Virus record (IMG/VR): IMGVR_UViG_3300045988_057894
Span: 1-54,712 of that record
Strand: one strand, 5' to 3'
DNA: 54,712 nucleotides
Origin: a virus
Below the pieces are notes generated by a model. It was given only the letters and a program-made list of their open reading frames with translations, had not been told where the DNA came from and did no database searches. Shown one piece after another: positions 8,171-16,935 of this stretch; the first letter of the stretch is position 1; every line of letters starts with the position of its first letter. The position numbers and the translations under genes are program-made.

Positions 8171-8800
8171 TTATTCCTCTACGAGGTCTGCGTACTTCAC
8201 TTCAATGCGGGGCAGTTCATCGGTAGTGCTGGTCAATGCTCTGGTGATTTTTTCAAGCCCGGTGAACTCGCCATAGACGGTGATAATATCATCGCCCAGA
8301 ATCTTCACAGCATCGCCACCGCGCTTATCCAGCATATAATACTCGTCATCAGTATAGAATCCGTATCCGCTGTTGTCCGTGTAGGTTCTCCATGCTTTTT
8401 CGCTGCCGGAAAAGTTTGCGTCAATAATCTGTGAGACCTTTACCTTGACTACAATCTTAGTTCCTTCATATTTTTCAGGATAACGGCACAGTTCCTTATA
8501 GTCCACAGTCTGGCACTCTGCCTTGTAATCGTCCTCGCTGATCTCAGGCACAACAGATGCAACGGAAGAAGCGGTCGATTCACTTGCCTTAGATGTTGCT
8601 TTACTGCTGCTTGCAGAGCTGTCAGAGCTGCTACCAGAGCCGCCAATGGCAGACAGAACAATCAGTACGATAATAGCGATGAACCACCAGCGTTTGTAGA
8701 TGGGCGGTTTATTCTTACCGCCACACTGAGGGCAGACCTTTGCACTTGCGGCAATCTCTGCACCACAGTGCTTGCACGTTGTCATTTTACTTTTAGCCAT
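8171..8800 (-). CDS. Membrane-anchored protein with an N-terminal zinc ribbon
   Basis: GGGAGG RBS. CKHCG...CPQCG, then a TM helix (WWFIAIIVLIVLSAIGG), a Ser-rich linker and a globular C-terminal domain. Confidence 0.65.
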   Translation of the reverse strand: MAKSKMTTCKHCGAEIAASAKVCPQCGGKNKPPIYKRWWFIAIIVLIVLSAIGGSGSSSDSSASSSKATSKASESTASSVASVVPEISEDDYKAECQTVDYKELCRYPEKYEGTKIVVKVKVSQIIDANFSGSEKAWRTYTDNSGYGFYTDDEYYMLDKRGGDAVKILGDDIITVYGEFTGLEKITRALTSTTDELPRIEVKYADLVEE

Positions 8801-8930
8801 TGTAGATTCCTCCCTTTCAAGGCTTCTAAGGCAAGTATAGCACAGAACACAGACCCTTTGTAGGGGTCTTTTTATTTTTGCGGGAATTTTTTGAATTGTG
8901 CATAGAGAGCAAGATTAAAACTTGTGCAAA

Positions 8931-10139
8931 TCACTTCACTTTCTTCATTGGTCTGCCATTAGGAAGCTGCGGCGACTTGATGGCCTGTTCCCATGTCATT
9001 CCTTTCTTCTTCACTCTATAAGTAACGGTAGGGACAAGCAGCCCGTATTGTTCACACCATTCTGACAAAAATTTTGTTTCTCCATCCATCGTAATTGTCA
9101 TGCCGTGTTTTTTGTAAAACTCGGGTCTGTTGAACTCGCTTCGTGGACGCTGATTTGTCATCTGTTCTTTCATTGTCGCCCATCGACAGTTTTCGGGACA
9201 GTAATTTCCGTCATTGTTAATTCGGTCAATGCTTAACTCGTCACTATATCCATGAGATAATGCCCAATCTTGAAATGCCTTGTAATCGTCAATCCATTCA
9301 TCGCAAATAGAAATTCCTCTTGCGCCATAATATTTATAAGCAATCGACTTGGGGTTATAGCATCTCTGGTGCATACCATACCAAATATTAGCGATTCGAT
9401 GATTTACGCATCCGTATGTTTTTGATTCCATCCTTCTTGCAACGCAATTAACGCCACAAGATTTTGCTGTTCCGTTTGAAAGCAACGCTGAACGAACATT
9501 TTTAACATTACCGCAGTCACATTTACAAGGGAACGTACGATTTCTCTTGTTATACGCACCGATGATTTCAAGATGCCCAAATCTGCGACCAATCCAATCT
9601 TTGGAATCGTATTTTCCATAATTAAAATTGCAAGGGCATTTTTCAGCAACGCCATCAACTACTTTCTTTCCAGAGCGTTGCGACTTCTTGTGGCATCTAG
9701 TGCATTCACAAAGCCAACCATTGCCGCCTAATATTTCAAGCACTTTCCAAGTGCCAAACACCTGTCCAACATATTTTTCGTCATGGTATGGGTACAGATG
9801 CAAATATATTTTTTGAGCATCGGCTTCTTTTTGTTTTTTTCGGATTTTTTGGCGCTCTTCTCTTGCCGTTGCATTTTTTGCAAGTCTTACTGCTTTGCGT
9901 TCTTCTTTCATACAAGCACAATGTCCAGAGTTTTTCCCAGTAACATAATCCTTGCCGTTACGGGTCGTTCTAATCGCCCCGCAATGAACGCATTTTAACG
10001 TCCATATTTGTTTTGCACTATTCCTCATATCATCTGCGGGCTGAACATCAATAACTTCAAAATCGCCGTATCTTTTACCGATTCGTTCCTTGTAAAATCC
10101 ATCGCACCACTTTTCTAGCGACCATTCAGTTTTTTCCAT
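8931..10139 (-). CDS. Homing-endonuclease-like (HNH-associated) DNA-binding protein with three Cys-rich repeats
   Basis: Three repeats of the type FG.L.I.......C.C.CG. C-terminal SIDRINNDGNYCPENCRWATMKEQ motif is typical of phage HNH-type proteins. Confidence 0.6.
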   Translation of the reverse strand: MEKTEWSLEKWCDGFYKERIGKRYGDFEVIDVQPADDMRNSAKQIWTLKCVHCGAIRTTRNGKDYVTGKNSGHCACMKEERKAVRLAKNATAREERQKIRKKQKEADAQKIYLHLYPYHDEKYVGQVFGTWKVLEILGGNGWLCECTRCHKKSQRSGKKVVDGVAEKCPCNFNYGKYDSKDWIGRRFGHLEIIGAYNKRNRTFPCKCDCGNVKNVRSALLSNGTAKSCGVNCVARRMESKTYGCVNHRIANIWYGMHQRCYNPKSIAYKYYGARGISICDEWIDDYKAFQDWALSHGYSDELSIDRINNDGNYCPENCRWATMKEQMTNQRPRSEFNRPEFYKKHGMTITMDGETKFLSEWCEQYGLLVPTVTYRVKKKGMTWEQAIKSPQLPNGRPMKKVK

Positions 10140-10172
10140 GTAATCCTCCTTGTATCGTTATTTTCTGATTCC

Positions 10173-10201
10173 ATTATACCACTTTTTTAGTGGAAGTACA
10201 A
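10173..10201 (-). promoter_or_regulatory. Promoter of the 8931-10139 gene
   Basis: Minus strand TTGTAC, 17-nt spacer, TGgTATAAT (extended -10). The spacer holds the palindrome CCACTaaaaaAGTGG. Confidence 0.55.
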
Positions 10202-10555
10202 TGTTTATTACACTATATGTGGGGCTTCTTTTATGTGGCAAGGATGGATGAAGTGTTCACCCACCCCACCCCCGGCGTTCCCTGTATACCCCGCCGGTGC
10301 ACCCGGAACGGATACACGGTACAGGTAGCAGCGTAGGCCGTGCCAGATGCAAGGCAGACCACGCCGCGCACCGGCACACACGCCCGGACGCTGGACACGC
10401 TGCACCGGTCTGCACCCGATACTAGACAGGCCGCGCCGGGCAGATCGTACCGGCGGGCAACGTGTCCGAAACTGTGCAGATATGTACAACACAATTTTAC
10501 CATTTTGTGCCAGAAAAACAAATCAGAAAAATCTTATATTTTTACTCAAAAAGTA

Positions 10556-10583
10556 TTGACATATAAGATATATCTGATATAAT
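10556..10583 (+). promoter_or_regulatory. Promoter of the plus-strand small-gene cassette, with repeated operator-like sites
   Basis: TTGACA, 16-nt spacer, TATAAT. AAGATATATCTGATA and AAGACATATCTGATA flank the -10. Confidence 0.6.
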
Positions 10584-10648
10584 AGAATCAAGATAAGACA
10601 TATCTGATAAACCACATCACGAAACACCAAAACAGGAGGACAAAAACC

Positions 10649-10837
10649 ATGAAACTAGAATTCAGAACCAAGAACACCGCATACGGAATGGCGCACTATC
10701 TGTGCATCGACACTAACGCCAAAACCTTTTCCCGCGTCCCTGACGGCTGGGTATCTAAGGACGTGCCTGTTGTAGCAAAGCGGGACATGGACACACTCAA
10801 GGCGCAGGCCATTGCAGACGGTTACACGGAGGTTTAA
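10649..10837 (+). CDS. Hypothetical protein (62 aa)
   Basis: AGGAGG RBS. First gene after the promoter. Confidence 0.55.
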   Translation: MKLEFRTKNTAYGMAHYLCIDTNAKTFSRVPDGWVSKDVPVVAKRDMDTLKAQAIADGYTEV

Positions 10838-10840
10838 ACC

Positions 10841-11038
10841 ATGACAAGAACCGATGAAATCAACGCTGAAATTCGCAATCAGGCCGTGCGCCTTTATCCC
10901 AAGTGTGCCGGGCTGTTTGAGTTGCCGTTGATGGTATACACTCAGATTGTAGCGGACAACCTGACCCGCTCCAAGCCGTACCGTTTGAGCGTTGAGCGGT
11001 GTAAAAAAATCATTCTGGCGATGCCGGAGTTTGACTAA
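10841..11038 (+). CDS. Hypothetical protein (65 aa)
   Basis: Starts 3 nt after the previous stop and shares the cassette. Confidence 0.55.
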   Translation: MTRTDEINAEIRNQAVRLYPKCAGLFELPLMVYTQIVADNLTRSKPYRLSVERCKKIILAMPEFD

Positions 11039-11053
11039 TGGAGGCTTTACAGT

Positions 11054-11149
11054 ATGATCACTTTGGACTTTACCCAGTGGGCGGCGCTCTGGTATATTGG
11101 CGGCATGATCTCCGGCGCACTCGTTATGATCGCATTTCTTAACAGCTGA
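11054..11149 (+). CDS. Possible 31-aa membrane peptide
   Basis: GGAGG 8 nt upstream of the ATG. Hydrophobic core WAALWYIGGMISGALVMIAFL. Below the ORF-track size cut-off. Confidence 0.35.
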   Translation: MITLDFTQWAALWYIGGMISGALVMIAFLNS

Positions 11150-11162
11150 GGGGGCGCACAAA

Positions 11163-11438
11163 ATGACATACACGGCAAATAAAAAGGCATACAGCCTGTT
11201 AGAATCCCTTGCATATTGGATGGCTGAGATCTCCTATTGCAGGGAAAAAGACCCGGATGACATCGGTTTTTTAGACAAGGCAGATAAAACGATTCATTTT
11301 CTGTTTGGTCAGCTTGACCGGTCAGGCGTCCCGTTTTGGGCGCAAAACTCAGCGCTTGCAATCGGTGAGAATTGGAGAGAATACGAGCGGCGCAACCTTA
11401 GAACGCTATTCACGAACAAAGGGATTTTGGAGGGCTGA
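11163..11438 (+). CDS. Hypothetical protein (91 aa)
   Basis: ORF in series with its neighbours. No recognisable motif. Confidence 0.55.
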   Translation: MTYTANKKAYSLLESLAYWMAEISYCREKDPDDIGFLDKADKTIHFLFGQLDRSGVPFWAQNSALAIGENWREYERRNLRTLFTNKGILEG

Positions 11439-11443
11439 AAAAA

Positions 11444-11707
11444 ATGACCACATTCGAGGAAAAAGTGAACGCATACCGCGAAAACAAGCGGTTGATTGAA
11501 GAGCTTGAAGCAATGAATGATGCCGTAAAGGCTGAAATTATCGATATGATGCACGGCGCACCTGAAATGGTGCAGGGCACGGCAAAAGCCATTTACAGGG
11601 ATGTTTCTTCCGTCCGGCTCGATAGCAAGCTTTTACAGGCAGCACACCCGGATATTTACGCCGAGTGTAGCAAAAAGACCGTTTACAAGCGTTTTAGCGT
11701 GGTATGA
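11444..11707 (+). CDS. Hypothetical protein (87 aa)
   Basis: Closely follows the previous ORF. Coiled-coil N-terminus. Confidence 0.55.
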   Translation: MTTFEEKVNAYRENKRLIEELEAMNDAVKAEIIDMMHGAPEMVQGTAKAIYRDVSSVRLDSKLLQAAHPDIYAECSKKTVYKRFSVV

Positions 11708-11803
11708 GGGGGTGCGACAAGTGATATTATCCTGTATTCTGTTTGTTTTTTGGTTTTTCAGCGCTTTGTTCAAGGCGAGCAAATAAGGAGGGCTTATTAT
11801 ATT

Positions 11804-11959
11804 ATGACTAGCAAGGGATATAATGCAATGACCGGACTGTACACCACCCGATACTATGCACGCAAGGCCGCAACCGGTGCAGACGTTGTCGTCAAGGTCT
11901 GCGGCGGCTATACCATCATGACCGCGGCAGATTATAACGTCTGGCGGCGCCAGCGCTGA
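11804..11959 (+). CDS. Hypothetical protein (51 aa)
   Basis: AGGAGGG upstream of an internal ATG. Last gene before a strong terminator. Confidence 0.45.
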   Translation: MTSKGYNAMTGLYTTRYYARKAATGADVVVKVCGGYTIMTAADYNVWRRQR

Positions 11960-11976
11960 CCCTCTTCCCATTTCTA

Positions 11977-12006
11977 CCCCGCCCACGTTGGCGGGGTTTT
12001 TCTTTT
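11977..12006 (+). terminator. Rho-independent terminator of the plus-strand cassette
   Basis: CCCCGCC cacgtt GGCGGGG followed by TTTTTCTTTT. Confidence 0.7.
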
Positions 12007-12628
12007 GCCTTGCACCTGCTGAGGGTGCGGGGCTTTTATTTTGCCCGGCGGCGCATGAGCCGCATACAAGCGTTTACGGCGGCTTTTCTGTTGCAGATGC
12101 AATTTATACAGCCAAAATGCCAAAACCGTTTACGGGGCTTCGCAGAAGCGTTTCCGTTGATTTGACCCATTCCAGCCCATACAATACAGCGGCCACACAA
12201 ACCGCCTATATACCGCCTGCGGCACGTTGGAGCGTATCACAGCGCCGCAGCACCTCCACCGATACCAGATACCAGCGCCACGCCGGACGCTGTACAGGTC
12301 AGCACAGCCGCCCTATTATAATAAGGTATATAATGGTGTAGAGGTGCGCCCCTGTTATGGATCCATGCCAGACAGTGCAGCACATCGCAGACCATGCCAG
12401 CCCGGCGGGGTCAGCCCCTGCCGCCTGTGGATTGCTGGCAAGTGCTGACACACTACCAGCAGCACAGACCCGGCGCACCTGCTGAGGGGTCAGCGCATCC
12501 ACCTGTACAGGGACAGCCCGGCACCCTACACCCGGCGGGGCAGTCCAGCGGCGGGTGGCGCGGAACCATTAGCAGCTACCGCCGCATCTCTTTTCGGGCT
12601 TTCGCCCGATAGCTAATAGAGGTCAGCA

Positions 12629-13295
12629 ATAGTCGCAGCGTTCCGGCTGGAATAGTCGTAACAGCTTTTGGAATAGTCGTAGCCGATAGTCGTAGGTTCT
12701 CCCGGCGGATAGTCGTAGAATAGTCGCAAAGTCGTCAGACGACCACTGTTTGAAAGTCCTATATATAGTATAGTAACGAGCTATCCACTGATAGTCGTAA
12801 AGTAATAGTCGTAGCGTTTTCTTACGAGCCTTCGTCAAATAGTCATGTATTTTTTGTGTGAAATAGTCGTTTGCCTTTTAGGGAGAGAGAAGTGCGATAG
12901 TTGCTAAATCCTCAAACCACCTCAAAATCAATATGTGTCAAGACACCAGTCAATTTTAATCTCCATCGCATTACCTCAAAATCCTTAGCAATCGTACTTA
13001 TTATAATAGTCGCAGACAATTACTCAATCTTTTTAACTATTATTCTGCTAAAATAGTCGTATCATCCGGTTCGGTTTGTTTTTCTCCGATTTAATTACCG
13101 ACAACTACAATCATATTATACTAACCAACTAGGATTATTCATTCGGTAAATACCTCAATACTTTTAACTATCTAATAAAACTATCCAACTGGTCAGTTGC
13201 TTTCAACTTGTAATCAACCACTCATACTGCTATGCAACATTTTTACATATTCAACCGACTACAAAATGAAGTCAATTCTCCATGTGAAATAGTCG
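12629..13295 (+). repeat. Iteron field: 12 exact ATAGTCG cores plus 2 variants, all in one orientation (candidate phage origin)
   Basis: Cores start at 12629, 12652, 12673, 12686, 12709, 12720, 12791, 12805, 12839(v), 12863, 12897(v), 13006, 13053 and 13289. An AT-rich tract with a second repeat family (tac(c)tcaat..ttttaacta) spans 12900-13260. Confidence 0.75.
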
Positions 13296-13529
13296 TAGCA
13301 GTTGATGGCTTAGATGCCGTTACTCCATGCAGGTTAGATGTTGTTGCTGTTAGAGGTCACCCGGTCGGCGCGGTGCGCCGGACGATAGACGGTGACGTAG
13401 CGTGGAGGTTAGCTGAACGGTCTGCTTATATTCAGCCAATAAGAGCCTGACGACAGATGCTAGTTACGGTCTGCTCTGCTGGCTAACGGTGTAGCTTTGG
13501 AGATAGAGGGTTGTAGGGGGAAAGAACCT

Positions 13530-14234
13530 TTACAAACGATTGAACTCTGGTTCACTGTACTGCCGCTTCTCCCGCTCCTTGTCAATCCACATATCAGCAA
13601 AGGCCTTCCAGTTTGTTATAGGCTTTCCGGTCTTGGTCATCCAGCCTGTTCCCTCATAGTAGTTCATGAACTTGATGGCAAGCCTGTTCTCACATCCAGC
13701 ATCCAAAAAATACTCGCTCACGTCCTCGAAGTCCGGCGTGATGGCGTTTCCATCGGGCGGGTCGCCCGCTTTCTTAATAACTTTTTTTCTTTTCTTTTCT
13801 TCTATATTAAGGAGGTGAACGATTGTTCCCCTCACAGGTGAAGTATCGTTCCCCTCAGAGGTGAATGATTGTTCACCTCCCTTTTCGCTTTTTGACGATT
13901 CTTCCGGCACTTTGACGTATATCTTATCGGGCTTGTTCTTTCCTTCACGCTTGCGCTCGATCAACCCGGCTTCTTCCAGCTCTTTCAGAGACTTCTTGAC
14001 CCATCGTTCCGTGAATCCAGTATCAGCAGCAAGGTCTTTGATGGGATACACGATGTATACTCGCCCCAGTTGGTCAGCAAACTTTCCGCTTCTGCTTGCC
14101 CTCTGTGACGACCTTGCACGATTGAACAGGTAAACGTAAACAATTTTCTCTGTTGGGCTAACGTCAATAGTCGAGAGGAATCGAGGGTAGACCATGTACC
14201 CATTGACCTTTGTATCGGCTGTCATGTACTCCAT
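13530..14234 (-). CDS. Winged-helix replication initiator / replisome-organiser-like protein
   Basis: GGAGGAG RBS. wHTH-like YIVYPIKDLAADTGFTERWVKKSLKELEEAGLIERKREG and a C-terminal NWKAFADMWIDKEREKR motif. Adjacent to the iteron field and upstream of nothing else. Confidence 0.65.
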   Translation of the reverse strand: MEYMTADTKVNGYMVYPRFLSTIDVSPTEKIVYVYLFNRARSSQRASRSGKFADQLGRVYIVYPIKDLAADTGFTERWVKKSLKELEEAGLIERKREGKNKPDKIYVKVPEESSKSEKGGEQSFTSEGNDTSPVRGTIVHLLNIEEKKRKKVIKKAGDPPDGNAITPDFEDVSEYFLDAGCENRLAIKFMNYYEGTGWMTKTGKPITNWKAFADMWIDKEREKRQYSEPEFNRL

Positions 14235-14407
14235 TTTCTCCTCCTGCAATAGTTGTAGACTTCTACAATGCGCTCACAGCCCCGTAGAGCCGTGCCAAAG
14301 CCGTTTTCTGTGTTTGGTCGATAAGTTTGTCGTCTAATGCTAAAAGCGTTTATATGGCTTCTGTGCGCGTATATGCAAAAGGCTGCCATTGCTGACAGCC
14401 CATGCGC

Positions 14408-15613
14408 TCAGTCCATCCAAGTGTACTCTTGGAACCGTTGAATCTGCTTGTTAAACGTGATGGGAAGGTCGCCTATCTCGCCTTCCTTGTTCTTGCTTAG
14501 TCGGAACAGGCACTTGTCGGGGTTGTCGCCGGACAGAAGGATGATTGCATCTGCGTCCTGTTCAATCTGCCCGCTCTCTCGCAAGTCGGAGTTTGTAGGC
14601 GTTGCTCCGGGCTTGGATGGGTTTCGATTGAGCTGCGCCAGTGCCACCACAACAATGCCTGTGGTCTGTGCCAGTTCGTGCAGGGCAATGGATATAGCTG
14701 TAATGGCGGCATATCTGTCCTTTGCGCCTGTTTCGTGGATGAGTTGAAGATAGTCTACAAAGATGACCTGAGCCTTTTTACGTAGAGCCTGAGCCTTCAT
14801 CCACGCCACGTTCTTACCGGCAGCGGAGCGGATATATAAGGGCATTTTCATGTTTTTTGCCTGTCCGTCAATCTCATTCAAGCTGACCGCCTTATTTTTC
14901 ACCGTGTCCAGAGGGCAGTATATTTGATTAGCCATCAGACGTGCGCCCAGCTTGCGTTTGCTGGTTTCTAAGCTGAAATAGTACACGGTATAGTCCTGCT
15001 TTGCCATGCTTGCTGCTATTTGCAAGGACAGGGCTGTCTTGCCCGCAGACGGTCTGCCGCCGATGATGATGAAATCACCCGATGAGATGTGCAGTGCTTC
15101 ATCCAGACGTTCTAGGCCTGTCTTGATATACACAGGCTTCTCGTCCATGTGAAGCACATAGTCGTTCAGCACATCCTCGTATGTCCACGCATCTTCTTCC
15201 CCAGCTTTCAGGCTCATTGCTTCGCCCATCTGCTGGTAAATGTCTGATAGATCAGAATAGTCGGTAAGCTCGCTGGTCATCTGAAATGCCAGACCTTGCA
15301 CACGAGTGAGTGCAGCTTGTTCTCTGATAAGCTGTGTCCAACGCTGCATTTGCTCCCTGTCAATTCGCACACACTCTGATTCACAGGTTTGTACACACGC
15401 CAAGAGCGTCTGCGCTACGTCTGGATGCTGCGTGTTTATCTCGACTATATCTATCTTACCCCTAGCCGTCCAATAGCCCTGAACAGCCGCAAAAGCGTCT
15501 CTCAGCTCAGGTCTGAATAAGTCAAGTTCAAGGCCTGGTATGATTTCATCCACAACGCCCGGCTTGCAGAGCATCAGCGCACCGATAAATACCGTTTGAA
15601 CGTCCATTGTCAT
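14408..15613 (-). CDS. dnaB: Replicative DNA helicase, DnaB family
   Basis: Walker A GGRPSAGKTALSLQIA and the FVDYLQLI and ALAQLNR motifs. ATGA overlap with the upstream gene. Confidence 0.88.
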   Translation of the reverse strand: MTMDVQTVFIGALMLCKPGVVDEIIPGLELDLFRPELRDAFAAVQGYWTARGKIDIVEINTQHPDVAQTLLACVQTCESECVRIDREQMQRWTQLIREQAALTRVQGLAFQMTSELTDYSDLSDIYQQMGEAMSLKAGEEDAWTYEDVLNDYVLHMDEKPVYIKTGLERLDEALHISSGDFIIIGGRPSAGKTALSLQIAASMAKQDYTVYYFSLETSKRKLGARLMANQIYCPLDTVKNKAVSLNEIDGQAKNMKMPLYIRSAAGKNVAWMKAQALRKKAQVIFVDYLQLIHETGAKDRYAAITAISIALHELAQTTGIVVVALAQLNRNPSKPGATPTNSDLRESGQIEQDADAIILLSGDNPDKCLFRLSKNKEGEIGDLPITFNKQIQRFQEYTWMD

Positions 15614-16250
15614 AGTCTAGGAAACTCCATCTCCGTACTTTGCTCGTACTGTTCATCCTGTTTTAATGCGTAAATGTCCTGCCACCCGGCATAGATGCTC
15701 TGGTCGAGAATGGCTTTCCAATCATGCCGATCAAACTTTTCCAGCTTGTTGCAGAGCATTTGTTTCGCCCGGTCTGTCATAGGCTTTTTGATTCTTGTAC
15801 GCATCTGTGCGAACTCTCGCAGGGATTCCAACAGGGCTTTATCGCCATGAGCAAAGTCGGAGAAGATGTCAGGTTTCTTTTTGACTGCACTCTCCGGCAG
15901 GGTCTTGACGTTCATTTGACCGTCAGTTGATACAATGGACTCATTGTCATCTGACTTTGAGCTCATAGATGAGCTGACTTTCATCTCATTTATGGCATGA
16001 GGATGAGCTGACTTTCGTGTAGACCATCCTTTTGACGCAATATCGCTTCTTTTTGATTCTTCATCGAGCAGATGTTTAATCAAAATGAAACAAGATTCTG
16101 CTTTTTTTTTGAGTTCAAAGTTGCGTCTTTTTCTTCAAAAACGTATGCACAGATTGCATCGTAGAGTTCCAACTTCTCTTTACTTTTGAGTGTGGAGATG
16201 GCTTCAAAGTAATATCGTTGAAATGTAAAGCTGTCTCGTTTTTTGTCCAT
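15610..16250 (-). CDS. Replisome-organiser-like protein encoded in two frames joined at an A9 run
   Basis: A 56-codon ORF (16250-16080) reads MDKKRDSFTFQRYYFEAISTLKSKEKLELYDAICAYVF. The -1 frame is open from 16134 to 15610 and ends in a conserved phage C-terminal-type domain (LLESLREFAQMRTRIKKPMTDRAKQML). Confidence 0.55.
16101..16110 (-). promoter_or_regulatory. A9 run containing A AAA AAG in the upstream frame (candidate -1 frameshift / slippage site, or a homopolymer miscall)
   Basis: Minus strand reads TCA AAA AAA AAG. An 11/12-bp AT-rich hairpin (16089-16047) starts 11 nt downstream. Confidence 0.4.
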
Positions 16251-16262
16251 ACCTATCCCCCA

Positions 16263-16544
16263 TTAAAACAGGCCCTCAGCGTCAGACTCACGCAGCCAGC
16301 CTTCGCCCGGAATGTTTACTATCTCATAATACTGCCGTGCAACGTAAATTGTTTTCTGCCCGTCCTCAGCGATCAGACCGACAATTAGATAGTTGCCAGC
16401 AGCCATAAAGAACCAAGGGTTGCTCTTGTAAGTCTCGCCCTTCATCCAGTTCTTCATTTTGTTCACAGCTTTTTCGATGTCCTTGTCGGGGCAGTCCGGG
16501 TTGTCGTATGCAAAGAAATCCTCAGGAAATTTAAGCTTTTTCAC
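16263..16544 (-). CDS. Hypothetical protein (93 aa)
   Basis: GTG start overlapping the upstream stop (GTGA). Confidence 0.55.
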   Translation of the reverse strand: MKKLKFPEDFFAYDNPDCPDKDIEKAVNKMKNWMKGETYKSNPWFFMAAGNYLIVGLIAEDGQKTIYVARQYYEIVNIPGEGWLRESDAEGLF

Positions 16545-16717
16545 TTTCTAAATCCCTCTCTCGTTCTCATAATTCGCTTATGCGCCTTGACAGGCCTTGT
16601 GCCTTTGCCGTATGCCGGGCGAATATGCTTCGCCTTGATGTACCCGCAAGGCGGCTTCGGCCCAAAGTCGAAAAAGCTCAAGTCCATAATGATGATGCCA
16701 AACTTCTTGTTCGTCAT
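16541..16717 (-). CDS. Possible basic 58-aa protein
   Basis: AAGGAG 7 nt before the ATG at 16717. Translationally coupled on both sides. Below the ORF-track cut-off. Confidence 0.4.
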   Translation of the reverse strand: MTNKKFGIIIMDLSFFDFGPKPPCGYIKAKHIRPAYGKGTRPVKAHKRIMRTREGFRK

Positions 16718-16729
16718 ATTTACTGCTCC

Positions 16730-16927
16730 TTACGCATACCATTTCGGTGCTTCGTCAAAGATTTCCACTCCTTTTGCAAAGCCCAGCTTTTCTAAGGTTT
16801 CACACATGATGCCGTCCATCATGCTGTGAACGATTTCTTCATCATCACCGTACTTTTTGTATGCTTCCTGCATTTCTGCCGTGAATGCGTCAACCATATC
16901 TTGCGTAACAACGATATTGTTTTTCAT
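16730..16927 (-). CDS. Hypothetical acidic protein (65 aa)
   Basis: AGGAGGG 5 nt before the internal ATG at 16927. Confidence 0.5.
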   Translation of the reverse strand: MKNNIVVTQDMVDAFTAEMQEAYKKYGDDEEIVHSMMDGIMCETLEKLGFAKGVEIFDEAPKWYA

Positions 16928-16935
16928 AAGCCCTC

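Noticed and set aside
8853-8878. Hairpin plus T-run oriented as a plus-strand terminator between two minus-strand genes
   Set aside because: No plus-strand gene ends here. It may act bidirectionally after the 8931-10139 gene or block antisense transcription, but I could not support a firm call.
10208-10582. ORFs of 70-96 aa on both strands in the first GC-rich island
   Set aside because: They have Arg/Cys/Pro/Gly-rich composition and no RBS, and they overlap one another. They are recorded as a compositional island instead.
11988-12612. ORFs of 67-117 aa in the second GC-rich island
   Set aside because: The same reasoning applies. They start immediately after a strong terminator, lack RBSs, and have low-complexity Arg/Pro/Ala/Ser composition.
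12623-12838. 71-aa minus-strand ORF with repeated DY/RL dipeptides
   Set aside because: It lies entirely on the ATAGTCGTA iteron array, and the repeated peptide is simply the repeated DNA motif translated. It has no RBS.
12629-13295. Possible CRISPR array (many short direct repeats)
   Set aside because: The repeats are only 9-10 bp, spacing is irregular (11-236 bp), and no cas genes are present. The same reasoning applies to the five 22-bp-spaced iterons at 30246-30343. Both fit replication-origin iterons.
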